Of a DNA stretch of 64,000 nt, positions 10,001 to 20,998 are shown piece by piece. A program made the position numbers and the translations under genes. The DNA comes from a virus. The notes under the pieces are model-generated. The model searched no databases. It saw only the letters and a list, made by a program, of their open reading frames with translations, and had not been told where the DNA came from. The stretch covers positions 1 through 64,000 of the IMG/VR virus record IMGVR_UViG_3300021964_000041; one strand, 5' to 3'. Positions within the stretch are counted from its first letter, which is position 1. Each line of letters begins with the position of its first letter.

Positions 10001-13000
10001 AATCTTGTGATTCAATCAATGCTTTAGAACTTGTTCTATCAAATTTCAAAGAAGTTTTACTTGTTCTTACTTTGTTATTTTCAAGTATTGCTACTGCTTT
10101 TGCAATTTCTGTTGCGTCACCGCCACCTGTAATAGTAACAGTAGGTGCACTTACATAACCTGCACCTGGATTGTTTACAACAATTTTACCTAGTTTGTTT
10201 CTACTGATGTATGCTGTTGCTGTTGCATTAATATTTCCGCTTTGTGGCATAGTACCGTTACCATTCGGTAGCAACGGTGTACCGTGATAGTTAGGTCCGA
10301 CAATATACGGATATGCTTCTTTAAGTTCTCCTTCGGCATCTGCTTCAACAGCAATGAAGTAAGCGTAGGTGCCTTGTGGGTGTTCTGGTGTTTGAACAAA
10401 ACGACCGTTGTTCTCATCAAGGTCTCCTAACCCTTCAACATATTCATAGTCTTCATTATAACGTCCTGTTGGCATACTACCGTCAGCACGTGGAGTAGTT
10501 TTTAATCTATAACTAGATTTAACTAATACAATAGTTTTGTCATTTGTTGCACGGTATCCATATGGACCATAAATTGGGAACCCATCAAACGCATATCCTA
10601 AAATAGGACTGTGTACTTCTGAGTCTTTGTTGTACATAAATTTAGGATCACTATGATAATGATAAATTCCATCTTCTTGTGGATGGCCGCTACCATCGTC
10701 AATACCTAATTCTTCATGACTGTAAACTGCATTTACTGTGTACTCAACTCCACCAAGTCTTTCAGTTGCGGCAGAACTTGGATTGAAAATACTTACTCCA
10801 TTAACTGCTACACCAATTGCACCTAGCGGTGTTGGAACTTTAACTTCAGGAACACTAGGGAATCTTGGAATTTGATAAACTAGATTTTGTGCAACTACAT
10901 TGGTTGTATTATAGAAGTGATCCGGAACACTTGTAGTATTAATGTACACATACTGATTATCGTAGTCAGTTGTTACAATACTTCTAAATGGTTTAGTTTG
11001 TGTAATAGCAGGTTTATCTTCTCTACCTCCACTAATTACAACAATTGGTGCTTGTGTATAACCGGAACCTGCACTTGCAATATCAATTCTGTCAATACTA
11101 AATTTGTAATTTTCAAACCACTGATTAAATGGCTCGCTAGTAATTAACTCACTAGTTTCATCTAGTACTTCAAACTTTTTAGTTTCTTCATTATATCTGC
11201 TAGGTAAATCAAAGTCAGTACCAAAAATATTACTTTGTTCTCGATTCTGATAACTTGTGATCATGTCTTTAATTGTAACACTGTAAGGTTTAATTTCTTT
11301 TACATACTTTTCTACGTCACCTGGATCATCAAGATTGTAATTTACTTTTCTTGTAAATCCGCCTAGATTGTTTTTAACACTTATTAAACTTGTTTTGAAA
11401 ATCCAATCAGTAAATGTTTGTTCACTAATTGCATATCTAATTGCAGTGAATAAAAACTCATTCCAAGCAAATTTTAAATCATCTACAAAAATATTGTTGT
11501 TAATGTTTTCTAAAATAATTCTAGTTTCTTGTGTAGGTTGTTCGTCATACAAGTTAATATCAAAGTTTTCTGCACCTGCAAAACCAAAACTTAATCCGCT
11601 GTAATCATAGATATTAGTACTAAATTCAATAGTACTTTTTGCTTTGTACATAATATCATAGTCTGCATTCCACGTACCATTTGATTCAACTTTACGTAAT
11701 ATGATTTTATTACCATCGCCAACGTTTGTAACTTCTACAAGTTCGCCAACATTAGGTTCGATAGTTTTTAGTAAGTATGGCTCTGCAATTTTAAAGTCAA
11801 TAATACTGTCAACATCAAAGCCTTCTACAACATAATCTTTATAGTTCCAGAATCTTGTTACATCGTAAGTTTGTGTATTTGTTCTTGACCATTGCTCAGA
11901 TGCACTGTTCCATTCATACATGGTCCAGTAGTTTCCAGCAGTTTCATCATTTGTTACTAATACTTTGTATGCTCTGATTCTAATAGTACCAGTTGTGTAG
12001 TTTCTACCTTCTTTTAAGACTTCGATGCCTGTAACTTCACCGTCAGCATTAATTGTTGACTTGAATTTTGCACCGTACCCTTCGCCGCTGATTTCAATAT
12101 CAGGTGCGTTTGTGTACCCAAAACCTTTGTTAATTACGTTAACAGATTTAACTCTACCATTAACAATAACTGCTTCAGCAGTTGCTTGTTTAAGATCTTG
12201 TGTTTTAATATCGTTAATATCGCTAAACTCTGCTACTTCAACATCATACTTGCCGCTAATAAGTGTAGGCTTAGGATCACTAGCAGATAACCCACTTAGA
12301 TCCTTTTCATCAACAACTCTATATTTTGCAAGTAAATTGTTTGTGTATGTTATTAGCACTTCTAGTGCTTTTAATCTATCTACAAAAATACTCTGTCTTG
12401 GTCTTATTGCTAACCCGTATTTTTTCTGTACAGGTAATTGTGCATCAGGAACACTGTTACCTGAATTGTCAAATCCAACTAAACTATCATATAACTTTTT
12501 AATTAATATTTGATTATCAATTTTATCACGCTGTTTTTCATCTAGTAATAACCAACTATTATGATCTGGTATATCTGTTTTAACTGTTTTATACTGTATA
12601 TTCAAACTAACATTTAAATCACTTAACGATGTTTTAACATTGGTTACTGAAAACGCATTAGTATCTAAAAGTTGTATAGACTTAATTCCATAGTTCTTAG
12701 GATCTAATATAACACTGGCAATTTCATTTGCAGGTAATTTTCTAGTATCAATTGCAATCTGTTCACTTAAACCTACAGCAATTTGTGTTGTAAATCTTTG
12801 AGGTAAAATTACAGCATTTCTTACCCAGAAGTAATATCTATCAACAAAGTTATTTGTTGCAGTGTCATATACACGTTTTAGTACATACGTGTTATCATCA
12901 TACTTTGTTGCTCCACTAAAGCCGGCCGCAATACCTTCGGTTGTATCTGCAATGTTGTTCCACTCTTCTGGTGAAATATCACTTTCTACCCATTCGTAAA

Positions 13001-16000
13001 TATCTATTCTTGATCCAGGGAATGTTGTTCCCCAGTTATTTTTTCTAAACTCTATATCACCTTGTTCATACCATGTGTATCGTACTGTGCTTAAATCCCA
13101 CCAAGTTTCTCCGACGTGGGTTGCACCCCAGTTAGTATCAGGATCGACATTTAAAGGTTGATCACTTGTTGTATAAATTGCAGGATCTCTTTCACTCTTA
13201 TATGTTAATTCTGTTTCCGCAATATATGGAATTTTTCCTTTTACAGGATCATAAGGTTCTAAGAAGTCAACAATAGTTTGTGTGTCGGTTCTGTATGTTA
13301 GTACTTTCTCGATGCTGAACGGATCTGTTAAACTTCCTTGTTGTCTTAGAGTATTCCAACCAGCAGTTGCTTCTTTTTGGTACACAAACAACATACCTGT
13401 TTTACTATCTTCTAATTCAAAATACGGAGCACCTACATATAAACTTGTTGTACTGTAAGCAAGTCCTGAACCAAACCCATCATTGGTTTGTAAATCGTTA
13501 CTTGATAATTTTTGACCAAATACAAAATCACTACCTAATTTAGTAAATGTATAAACACTACCTGTTCCAGTTACGTTGTCAATAAAGTTTGTACTGTAAG
13601 CATCAAATGTTGTTGTTTTGTTATCAAATGTTGTTGTTTTGTCATTGCTACCACTTGCACTAGAAACTGCAAAACTTGTTCCGTCTGGATTAACTGCAAT
13701 CTTATGACCGAACTGTTCGCCGTTTTGTATGCTTGGACTTATAATTGTTTCTTTGAGTGCATAACCAACAGTTGAATCACCTTGTGTTTGTCTTTCAAAC
13801 ACATAAACTGTTCCTTGGTTTACTTCTGTAACATCACCAAGTGGAGCACCTATAACAAGAGTATCACCATTATTACTAATTCCCATTGATGATCCGAACA
13901 AATCATTATTGCCTAATGACGTTACTACCGTTTCGTCAATTGTTTGAATTAAATTATATCCTGTGCCGTCGTGATAGTAAACAAAAACTTTACCTGTATT
14001 TTTAACTGTGCTGTCACCTGCTTCTGCAATAGTTTCTTTGCTTTTAGCACTTACAATTAAAATACCTAGATCTTTTGTAGCAACTAGTACTTCACCAAAT
14101 CTATCGCCTTCAGTATATTCTGGTGCTAGTAACTCTTCCGCATAATCCCAGTCTGTGCCTTTTTCATAAACATAAACTGCACCTGTATTAGTTGCTCTAC
14201 CAGGAGCACCAACAACTACTCTTTGATCACTAGTTGCAACACTGTAACCAAATTCTTCATTGTTTGCTGGCTTAGGACTACCAATAACATAGGTGTTATC
14301 ATAGACATTTGTAAGTGAATTATATGTTGTAAGTTTAACAACACCTTGCTTGGTAAAACTACTTACTGTTGCACCGTTGGCACTGTATTTGAAATTAGGG
14401 CGTTCTGGATCAGTTTCAGTTCTAACCGAACTTGCAAATGGAGCACCGGCAACAAGTGTATTTGTTGTAGATGAAAGTGATACACTGTGTCCTAGTCCTG
14501 CGTTGTTGTTAACACCAACCCATCTATCAGAAAATGTCGGACCAATATTAAATCCACTTGCACCTTCTAATGTATCAATTTCGCTGTTTAATTTTCTACG
14601 TAATACCAGTACTGAACCTTCATATGTTTGCCCAGGATTTCCTACAACAATAGTTCTACCCTGATTACCAAAAGCAATACTTGAAGCATACGTTTTTGCA
14701 TCACTAGCAATTTTTGTAAACTGATTTTCTACAAATGCTTTTGTCTTTTCATAAACTTTCCATTCACCGTTACCTGTATCATCTGCCCATATTTTAGAAC
14801 CAATTGAAAACTCTGCAATATCTTTAATATTGTTTATTTCGTTTGGTGTGTTTACCCTTACAGATTCAAGATTAAGTATTGTGCCTGTTGCACTATCTTC
14901 TGCAAGTGTAATTGTTGTTAACTCAGTTGCAACTTTAAATTTACGTAGGCCGTTGACCTCAGCAACAATGTGTGTTCCGTTTACTTGACTATCAAACCAA
15001 CGAATAACAATAGTATCACCTTCTTTTAAACCATGAGGAATATCTGTTGCTAATTCTAGTAACCCATCATCAATCACAACTAGATCTGTTTCTGTTTGAA
15101 TTACCCTTGCGTTGTTTGCTGTTAGCCTATAAATGTTCCACGTATCATTATCGTCTTTTGCTACCCAAACACTTGCACCTTCGCCTAGTGTTGGAATTGT
15201 TGTATCAGTTAAAATATCTCTACGATTGAATACTGTATGATTCACATCTTCTATACGAGCATAACCTGCTGTTGGAATTTTCTGTATGGTGTTTAAACTT
15301 ACTCCTTCGTCTGAAGTATCAAAGTTTTTCCAAGGATTATTATCAAACCCATTAGGTTTAAGAGTAAGTTCATTACTTAATAATTGTAAAGTATTTGTAT
15401 CAGCATCTGGTGTTTTAGCATTTACAAACTCATATGCTTGTGGATTCTCTACGTTATTTGCTTCTGATAAAACTAATTCAATTTCTTTTGTAGTGGCACC
15501 GCTACCAAGACTACCAATTTTTAATGCCCAGTTTTCATTAATGCTTAGGTCTGTACTAGTTCCGTCAATGGTCAAACGATTTAGTTTTTGTAATGCATTT
15601 TCTGTACCTTTTTCTTTAATAAAGCCAGTGTAAAACTTATACTGTGCAATATCGTCTCTTATAAGATTGTCAAGGTATAATCGTTTCTGATATCCTAATA
15701 GATGTTGACTTAGTTCAGTTGTTTGCTGATCAAAGTTTTCGCTTTCTAGTGCATAAAAATCTTCATACGAACTTGCTTTATAATCTAGGTTAGGTAATAA
15801 TTCTGCAACAGGCTTGTCACCTATAAACACCCAATCGCTAAAATTAAATGTTTTTGTTGCAGGTAAAAATTTACTTGCACTATAATACTTGCTCTTAAAT
15901 CTTACAACATCACCAAGATTGTAATCACGTCCTTGAACGTAATCTTCTACTACTGCTTCGTCAAATACAAATCCAGGACTAACATAATCACCGTCCCACT

Positions 16001-19000
16001 CGCTTGTTTTAAATCCAACTAACTTGATACGTTTTTGTCTGTAACCTGCTTCTTGGTCATATATCACATCGCCGAATTGACTCTTATCATCAAATACTAC
16101 AATGTGTTCCCACTGTACTAGATTTAATACAGCAAAGAAAATTCCTTTTTGTGTTCCTTTTGTAGAAAGTAAAAACTTACCATTGCCTCTAACAATGCTT
16201 AGAGACTCTTTTTCTAATGGTGCCCCATTAGCACTTAAAATACTATATTCATAAAAACTGTTAAGGACACTGTCTACAGTTGCATACTTGTATTCAAACT
16301 CTAAATTGTTTGCAAAAGGACTTAGTGCAATAACACTACCTTCTGCCCAATTTTGTGTTGTCCAGTACAAAAATTCTTTTGCACTTAGATCCCAGTCTTG
16401 TATTGATAATGTTTCTCTTTGATACTTGTCAAAAACAAAACCTTGTTCTTTCAACCAGTGTTCATAACCAAGAATTACATCATATACTTCTTGTGCTCTT
16501 GCATATACAGTTCCATAACTGACTTCGGTTACTTTGTTTTCGAATGATCTTGCTTTAGCAACTTCTGCTCCGCCAGTTATAGGCAATTCACCTAAAGATG
16601 TAAACTTATCATTGTCAAATGTTTCTGTACTTGTATGATTTGTTTTTACTCTAAAGTATTTTCCGCCAAATTCTACAATTTGCTTTTCACCGTAAAATTT
16701 TTCTGAACTCCAAATAACAAACTTTGCTTCTGTACCGCCTACATTGATCCCAATATCATTCTGTCCATGCTTTGGCTTATAGATATTAAACCACGGACGT
16801 AGTGTATCATAACCTCTAATTAAAAATCCTTTGGTTGTTTTTTCAACAATCATACCACTTATTCTTACACTGTTAATAGGGTTACTTTTTCTTAGTGTAA
16901 GTTGATAGTTTTCGCTAGGAAGGAAAACACTGTTGTCAGCAGTATTAGGATTAGAACTTTCTGCTAATACTCTTAATCTATTTTTGTTTGCAAAGCCGCC
17001 TAGTTTATAAGTTAAGTTACTTGATGTATTTCTCAATGTATCATAAAATGTTTCTTTAACGTCTTTCGAAAAACTCTTGAGGTATTCAACCATAGGTACA
17101 TGGTACCCTAGTCCTAAGAATCTCTTATTGCTAAACAGCAAGTCTTTAATTTTTGCTTCTTTTAGATTGAAAATCTTTCCTGTATCAGCATAAACAACAT
17201 TTCCACTAGCAGTAATTTGATTTTGATTAGTATCAAACTGACTACCAAAGTATTGTGCAGGTTTTGTTAGTGCTACTGCATTCTGTAATGCAAAAGGATA
17301 CCAACTAGATTTTCTCCATGAAGTTTCTGCCGGACCTTCGTCTCCGTACTTCCAATCATTTTTAATTTCTGTAACAAATATTGCTTTAACAATATTAATT
17401 TTACTAGGATCTATTAAATCACCGTATTCATCAACTGGTAAATTTTTAGATAACCCGAGTCTTGCAAAGTCTGAATATATTTTATTACCACTCGGATCTC
17501 TTACCAACCCTCTTTCAATGTCGTCCCAAAGAATTTTGTTTCCACTAGTGTAAGGTGCTTGGCCATAAACTTCGTCCCACCATGTAGGTTTAATTGTAAT
17601 ACCCAACATTTCCCATGGATGTGTATGAGGTCTATCAGTATCAAAGTATGATTTGTAAATTGCTCTCCAATAACCAGGTAAACGCTGATCATCAACACTG
17701 ATCATTGTGTTAAAGTTATAAGAAAACGGATTAGCGTCTACTGTAACATTGTTTGTTTCATAATCAATATCAAACAAACTCTTCCAATAACCAAAATCTG
17801 TTCTTAATACTTTGTTAAACTCGTTAGCGGTAAAAGTATTTGTTCTATATTTTCCAGGAACCTGTTTTAAAATATCAAAAACGTCTCTATTATATTTTAC
17901 TTTAAGGTTATTATAGATACGCTTTTCTAATTCTAAGATTAATTCATCACGTTCGTCATCAAACGCTTTTGTAATACTACCGTCGTGTCCTTGAATTACT
18001 TTTGTTGCTGTTAGATAACTGTTGTCTACAAATATTTCAGGAACAAATGCAGGATATAAACCAAGTTTAGTTGGAGTATGAGGGATAACCGAACCAGTAG
18101 TATCGTAATCGTTAACTTTGATTATGTCGCCAACTGATAATGTTTTTTTAATTGTAACAGTATTGTCTACAGCATCAAACTCATAGTCTGTATCGAGATA
18201 TAACTGTACATCATTCAAGTACACATACACTGCACGGTCGCTTACTTTAGTTGTATCAAACGCATTGTTAATTGCAAATACATTTTGCGTTCCATTTTTT
18301 ACTTCAAACTGTAAGCGTTCAACTTTTTTACCAAAGCCTGCCATGTCTGAATAAAAGTACGGTGCTTCGCTTGACTTATTAATACTTAATTCATATAAAA
18401 TTTTATCCACATCAGAAGCAATATTTTCACTTCTTTCAATTTTTCCTGCTTTTTCAATAAACTGATCTTTAAAGAAGTTATAATCTCTACCTGTCTTACG
18501 CATAGAGTTAACAAAATTTAAATCTTCTTGAATTAAGAAAAGTATTGCAGGTAAAACACTGCCTTTGTGCTTAACATATCTACTACCATCTAGGTGAATA
18601 TTGTACACATCTCTAGCATTATTAGGTCCTACCGACTTTCCTATAATGTTTGTATTAGATTGAAATATAGTTTTAAAGTGATCACTAACACTGCCAAGTG
18701 TAAATGTACGCAAATCGTTATTTTCACCATTGTTGGTTAGATTGATCGGTGGTTCATAAAACCCGTTGTCATTAGGTTTTTGATCAGTAAGAACTTTTAG
18801 TGTTACTCTTGTGCCACCTTCAATTGGTGTTTTAAATTTTAACTGATAAGATGCTCTATTTTTGTCAATAATTTTTTCAAAATCAGTTGTTTCCTTATAG
18901 GTAACACCGTTGTATTCAGCAATAATATCTAAATCATACTTGTAAGGTTCTTTTATACAATTAACAGCAACAGTATCTGCTGTTTGTGCTAGATCAAACA

Positions 19001-20987
19001 CCTGCAAAATTCTCTGTCTTGTAACTTTATCTTTTACAAGTTGCCAGCCACTATAATATTTTTCGTCATTATAATCATAAACTAACCCACTGGCAGTATC
19101 AACAGTTGTCAATATATTATTTTCTTGGTATGTAAACTCGCTATCGTCCCAATTGAATTCAAATGTAATATCACCTACATTGTTGATATTTTGATAACTG
19201 ATTGGAAACCCTAGTACAGGATCGTTTGCTCCTACACCACGCTTATAACTTGCAATAGCATTACCTTGGAAGTTAGATGAAAAGTAATTTGTTGCGTTTG
19301 AAAAACTGTTTGCACTACTATCAAACAAGTCAAACAAAGGACTTTGATTTAATTCTGTTTTAACTTGTGCTTTAACCCACTCTGTACCATTGTAATAATA
19401 TGACACACCTTGGTTTACTGCACCGTCTGTGGCAACAACACTGTCGTTGACCAAAGGTGTGTATTTTTCAATTAGATGTAAACGTTCTTGTCCTTCATAT
19501 TCTACAAAATCAACTTCGTATACTTTACCTTTTACTGTGATATCTGGATCAGCATTAAAAATTACACGCATACCTTTACGTAAAAGAACTTCATCTACGT
19601 GGTATCCAAATGACCCTTCAACATCACTCATAGCATCTTTAGTATCTGTATCAATTAAATCAACATTACCAATACCTTTTTCACCAAAGTTAAACAGTTT
19701 AAGATTAGGGTTGAATTCTAAAATAGGTCTTACTGCTCTATTGTTTTCATCAAGTACAGGAGATGTATTATTATACTCTGCACTTAGTTCAATTACATCT
19801 TTATGAACCCATCTATTATATCTACTCCACGGGTTTTTATCTTTACTTGCACGATTAATTGTAATATATTCTGCTGTTAAAGGACTATTCTCAGTATCAT
19901 CATATGGTGTATCATCAAATGGGTCAACGTCAAATTCGTATTCAGCATTTTTAGCATATAGTTCAGGTGTATCTAATTCTGTTTCGTCAATTAGCGTAAT
20001 TCGATCGCCTACACCTTCAACATACCAATTCTTTTCTCTATACTTTGTAGGTAAAACATCGCCTACAAAATTAATTTTCATTCCGTTTGTAAGTTTTACA
20101 CCATTAGCACTTGTAAAGTTTGCTTTTCCAATAATTTCTTGTTCAACATCAATTGTTAAATCTTGAGAAGTGTCACGGATTTCTAAGGTACCTTGCATCG
20201 ATTGATGATACTGACAAGCATAAAATAATCTATCAGGTGCATTTACAGGAACAGTAAATGTAATAGTTCCACTTTCTGCACCATTATTTTCAACACCGTC
20301 ATTGTATTGATCGCCTATGCCGATTGTATTTGCTGTTTTGATGTAGAAAGGATGCCCTGTTGCATTAACTTTAAACTTGTATGTGCCACCTCTATATAAT
20401 ACAACTGTTGGATTTTCACTAAATCCGTTTGGTGTAAACACAAAACTATTTTGTCCGCTATTTGTAACTGAATATTCACTTTCAGTATTGCCAGGATTTC
20501 CTGAAACACTTACTGGATCTGGACCTTGTGAAAGCCAATAGTACTGTCTATAATTTACAAACTTGTCAAAATCAAACATCGGATTCCAAGCAAAATATTC
20601 TGCTTGAAATAGTTTGTCGTGGTTATCTGTTATGCCGCCAAAAAAATCTAATTGATTAATTAGGTCGTCATATGTACCTGTCCACTTGTTTGAATTATCA
20701 ACAGGATTTTTAGTTACTGCTGATGGAAGAAAGTTATATCTTCTTCTATTTGCAGTTGGTTCTGAAATGTAAACGTCTTTAGGTGATGCATTTTCAGTAT
20801 TCCTAGCACCAACAAATCCATTTAGCCTATCTAAATTACCTTTGCTGATTAAACTGTCAACTGTTGCACCAAAAAACTTTCTATTTGCTTCTGTACGAAA
20901 GTACATAGGTAACAAGTCGGCACTGTTTCTCAACTTGTCTTTGTTTTCTATGTTTACTGGTGTACCTTGTTTGTCGCTATATGCCAT
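7074..20987 (-). CDS. Giant multidomain baseplate wedge protein (positional gp7 equivalent) with cupredoxin-like, FG-GAP propeller and YHYH domains
   Basis: 4637-aa uninterrupted ORF directly downstream of the gp6-like gene. FGxSVA...VVGAP repeats, YHYH motif, GxGYTxAPxVxIxGG repeats. Confidence 0.75.
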   Translation of the reverse strand: MAYSDKQGTPVNIENKDKLRNSADLLPMYFRTEANRKFFGATVDSLISKGNLDRLNGFVGARNTENASPKDVYISEPTANRRRYNFLPSAVTKNPVDNSNKWTGTYDDLINQLDFFGGITDNHDKLFQAEYFAWNPMFDFDKFVNYRQYYWLSQGPDPVSVSGNPGNTESEYSVTNSGQNSFVFTPNGFSENPTVVLYRGGTYKFKVNATGHPFYIKTANTIGIGDQYNDGVENNGAESGTITFTVPVNAPDRLFYACQYHQSMQGTLEIRDTSQDLTIDVEQEIIGKANFTSANGVKLTNGMKINFVGDVLPTKYREKNWYVEGVGDRITLIDETELDTPELYAKNAEYEFDVDPFDDTPYDDTENSPLTAEYITINRASKDKNPWSRYNRWVHKDVIELSAEYNNTSPVLDENNRAVRPILEFNPNLKLFNFGEKGIGNVDLIDTDTKDAMSDVEGSFGYHVDEVLLRKGMRVIFNADPDITVKGKVYEVDFVEYEGQERLHLIEKYTPLVNDSVVATDGAVNQGVSYYYNGTEWVKAQVKTELNQSPLFDLFDSSANSFSNATNYFSSNFQGNAIASYKRGVGANDPVLGFPISYQNINNVGDITFEFNWDDSEFTYQENNILTTVDTASGLVYDYNDEKYYSGWQLVKDKVTRQRILQVFDLAQTADTVAVNCIKEPYKYDLDIIAEYNGVTYKETTDFEKIIDKNRASYQLKFKTPIEGGTRVTLKVLTDQKPNDNGFYEPPINLTNNGENNDLRTFTLGSVSDHFKTIFQSNTNIIGKSVGPNNARDVYNIHLDGSRYVKHKGSVLPAILFLIQEDLNFVNSMRKTGRDYNFFKDQFIEKAGKIERSENIASDVDKILYELSINKSSEAPYFYSDMAGFGKKVERLQFEVKNGTQNVFAINNAFDTTKVSDRAVYVYLNDVQLYLDTDYEFDAVDNTVTIKKTLSVGDIIKVNDYDTTGSVIPHTPTKLGLYPAFVPEIFVDNSYLTATKVIQGHDGSITKAFDDERDELILELEKRIYNNLKVKYNRDVFDILKQVPGKYRTNTFTANEFNKVLRTDFGYWKSLFDIDYETNNVTVDANPFSYNFNTMISVDDQRLPGYWRAIYKSYFDTDRPHTHPWEMLGITIKPTWWDEVYGQAPYTSGNKILWDDIERGLVRDPSGNKIYSDFARLGLSKNLPVDEYGDLIDPSKINIVKAIFVTEIKNDWKYGDEGPAETSWRKSSWYPFALQNAVALTKPAQYFGSQFDTNQNQITASGNVVYADTGKIFNLKEAKIKDLLFSNKRFLGLGYHVPMVEYLKSFSKDVKETFYDTLRNTSSNLTYKLGGFANKNRLRVLAESSNPNTADNSVFLPSENYQLTLRKSNPINSVRISGMIVEKTTKGFLIRGYDTLRPWFNIYKPKHGQNDIGINVGGTEAKFVIWSSEKFYGEKQIVEFGGKYFRVKTNHTSTETFDNDKFTSLGELPITGGAEVAKARSFENKVTEVSYGTVYARAQEVYDVILGYEHWLKEQGFVFDKYQRETLSIQDWDLSAKEFLYWTTQNWAEGSVIALSPFANNLEFEYKYATVDSVLNSFYEYSILSANGAPLEKESLSIVRGNGKFLLSTKGTQKGIFFAVLNLVQWEHIVVFDDKSQFGDVIYDQEAGYRQKRIKLVGFKTSEWDGDYVSPGFVFDEAVVEDYVQGRDYNLGDVVRFKSKYYSASKFLPATKTFNFSDWVFIGDKPVAELLPNLDYKASSYEDFYALESENFDQQTTELSQHLLGYQKRLYLDNLIRDDIAQYKFYTGFIKEKGTENALQKLNRLTIDGTSTDLSINENWALKIGSLGSGATTKEIELVLSEANNVENPQAYEFVNAKTPDADTNTLQLLSNELTLKPNGFDNNPWKNFDTSDEGVSLNTIQKIPTAGYARIEDVNHTVFNRRDILTDTTIPTLGEGASVWVAKDDNDTWNIYRLTANNARVIQTETDLVVIDDGLLELATDIPHGLKEGDTIVIRWFDSQVNGTHIVAEVNGLRKFKVATELTTITLAEDSATGTILNLESVRVNTPNEINNIKDIAEFSIGSKIWADDTGNGEWKVYEKTKAFVENQFTKIASDAKTYASSIAFGNQGRTIVVGNPGQTYEGSVLVLRRKLNSEIDTLEGASGFNIGPTFSDRWVGVNNNAGLGHSVSLSSTTNTLVAGAPFASSVRTETDPERPNFKYSANGATVSSFTKQGVVKLTTYNSLTNVYDNTYVIGSPKPANNEEFGYSVATSDQRVVVGAPGRATNTGAVYVYEKGTDWDYAEELLAPEYTEGDRFGEVLVATKDLGILIVSAKSKETIAEAGDSTVKNTGKVFVYYHDGTGYNLIQTIDETVVTSLGNNDLFGSSMGISNNGDTLVIGAPLGDVTEVNQGTVYVFERQTQGDSTVGYALKETIISPSIQNGEQFGHKIAVNPDGTSFAVSSASGSNDKTTTFDNKTTTFDAYSTNFIDNVTGTGSVYTFTKLGSDFVFGQKLSSNDLQTNDGFGSGLAYSTTSLYVGAPYFELEDSKTGMLFVYQKEATAGWNTLRQQGSLTDPFSIEKVLTYRTDTQTIVDFLEPYDPVKGKIPYIAETELTYKSERDPAIYTTSDQPLNVDPDTNWGATHVGETWWDLSTVRYTWYEQGDIEFRKNNWGTTFPGSRIDIYEWVESDISPEEWNNIADTTEGIAAGFSGATKYDDNTYVLKRVYDTATNNFVDRYYFWVRNAVILPQRFTTQIAVGLSEQIAIDTRKLPANEIASVILDPKNYGIKSIQLLDTNAFSVTNVKTSLSDLNVSLNIQYKTVKTDIPDHNSWLLLDEKQRDKIDNQILIKKLYDSLVGFDNSGNSVPDAQLPVQKKYGLAIRPRQSIFVDRLKALEVLITYTNNLLAKYRVVDEKDLSGLSASDPKPTLISGKYDVEVAEFSDINDIKTQDLKQATAEAVIVNGRVKSVNVINKGFGYTNAPDIEISGEGYGAKFKSTINADGEVTGIEVLKEGRNYTTGTIRIRAYKVLVTNDETAGNYWTMYEWNSASEQWSRTNTQTYDVTRFWNYKDYVVEGFDVDSIIDFKIAEPYLLKTIEPNVGELVEVTNVGDGNKIILRKVESNGTWNADYDIMYKAKSTIEFSTNIYDYSGLSFGFAGAENFDINLYDEQPTQETRIILENINNNIFVDDLKFAWNEFLFTAIRYAISEQTFTDWIFKTSLISVKNNLGGFTRKVNYNLDDPGDVEKYVKEIKPYSVTIKDMITSYQNREQSNIFGTDFDLPSRYNEETKKFEVLDETSELITSEPFNQWFENYKFSIDRIDIASAGSGYTQAPIVVISGGREDKPAITQTKPFRSIVTTDYDNQYVYINTTSVPDHFYNTTNVVAQNLVYQIPRFPSVPEVKVPTPLGAIGVAVNGVSIFNPSSAATERLGGVEYTVNAVYSHEELGIDDGSGHPQEDGIYHYHSDPKFMYNKDSEVHSPILGYAFDGFPIYGPYGYRATNDKTIVLVKSSYRLKTTPRADGSMPTGRYNEDYEYVEGLGDLDENNGRFVQTPEHPQGTYAYFIAVEADAEGELKEAYPYIVGPNYHGTPLLPNGNGTMPQSGNINATATAYISRNKLGKIVVNNPGAGYVSAPTVTITGGGDATEIAKAVAILENNKVRTSKTSLKFDRTSSKALIESQDYIDTYTSTSGQVRYKLTYVPTLDKRDFTISVNNETVFIENFDVSIQTLTDNTYKKQVGYVILKTLPKERSTVQITYKKNVGLMNAVDRINYFYNPTDGMPGKELSQLMTGIEYDGVKVQGLDFGVSVGWDGLPWFSHGWDTFSGDNTDYAFRADGNTNTFTLPYAPDNGDKLNVYFDGQRQDPTNTPTIVGDGDETEYTLNVTPAEGVLVVFRQEDSDGSTVPTDVNNLDTLISGGNFAYSTATGAKPEDISLDGDGFVTPDTSHAPEEVVPGQVFDALSMKVYNAPADGSPIIDITRHWGDGNETEFSFNKYPGTEDSILVTVGPSAPATKTSAYKVLDTDYTVDYANKKIILTTAPATDELVTITTLNVAGTNMLEKQEYVDQGDSTIEFILTSKYEDVKSAFVTVNGVVQEYEIYEDTDSGSAKIVLTNPPNDMSDAVTQITALSGLEKTFSQVKTDVFNIASNSGNEFYLSQVPDKIEPFHAMVVVELDGKRLRAPDTIYYVANGITLDYLVSQDPAYPAFSLALGELEVHRNGVRLEPIADYQFNTATNLITFYEGKLSSGDVIAITVLRNHDYEIRKNTTDDSTNAGYIRIINNSADDSTGLAEGQVLKVTSFTNHDANLMRKEVYAGNPGGTYTLSRKSVDVAYIWVELNNTPLIADADYKILDNGTTVYIDNRFSQKSTDRVVITSFSEDKNYDGVGFNVFQDMLNRNFYKRISKQDTTILTTKLLPGDKEIEVQDTSFFDTPSAEKRIPGVVIIGKERIEFYEIEGNKLKQITRGTLGTGIADEHLVNTQVFDFGPTQTMPYKDSVSVYEIIVRDGLPNGKSVHVLETINIASGANAHNQVEVYVGGRKLQKPTSSTNPITKHDASIAYDSNETNSTGVASDVVQEAEFTIEPVADSTAKGYYKLILRDEPENGTEIKVVQKQGHIWYTAGSSTASNGVTLQRAETPQATFLLERSSGLPVINIKE

Positions 20988-20998
20988 TTATAATCCTA

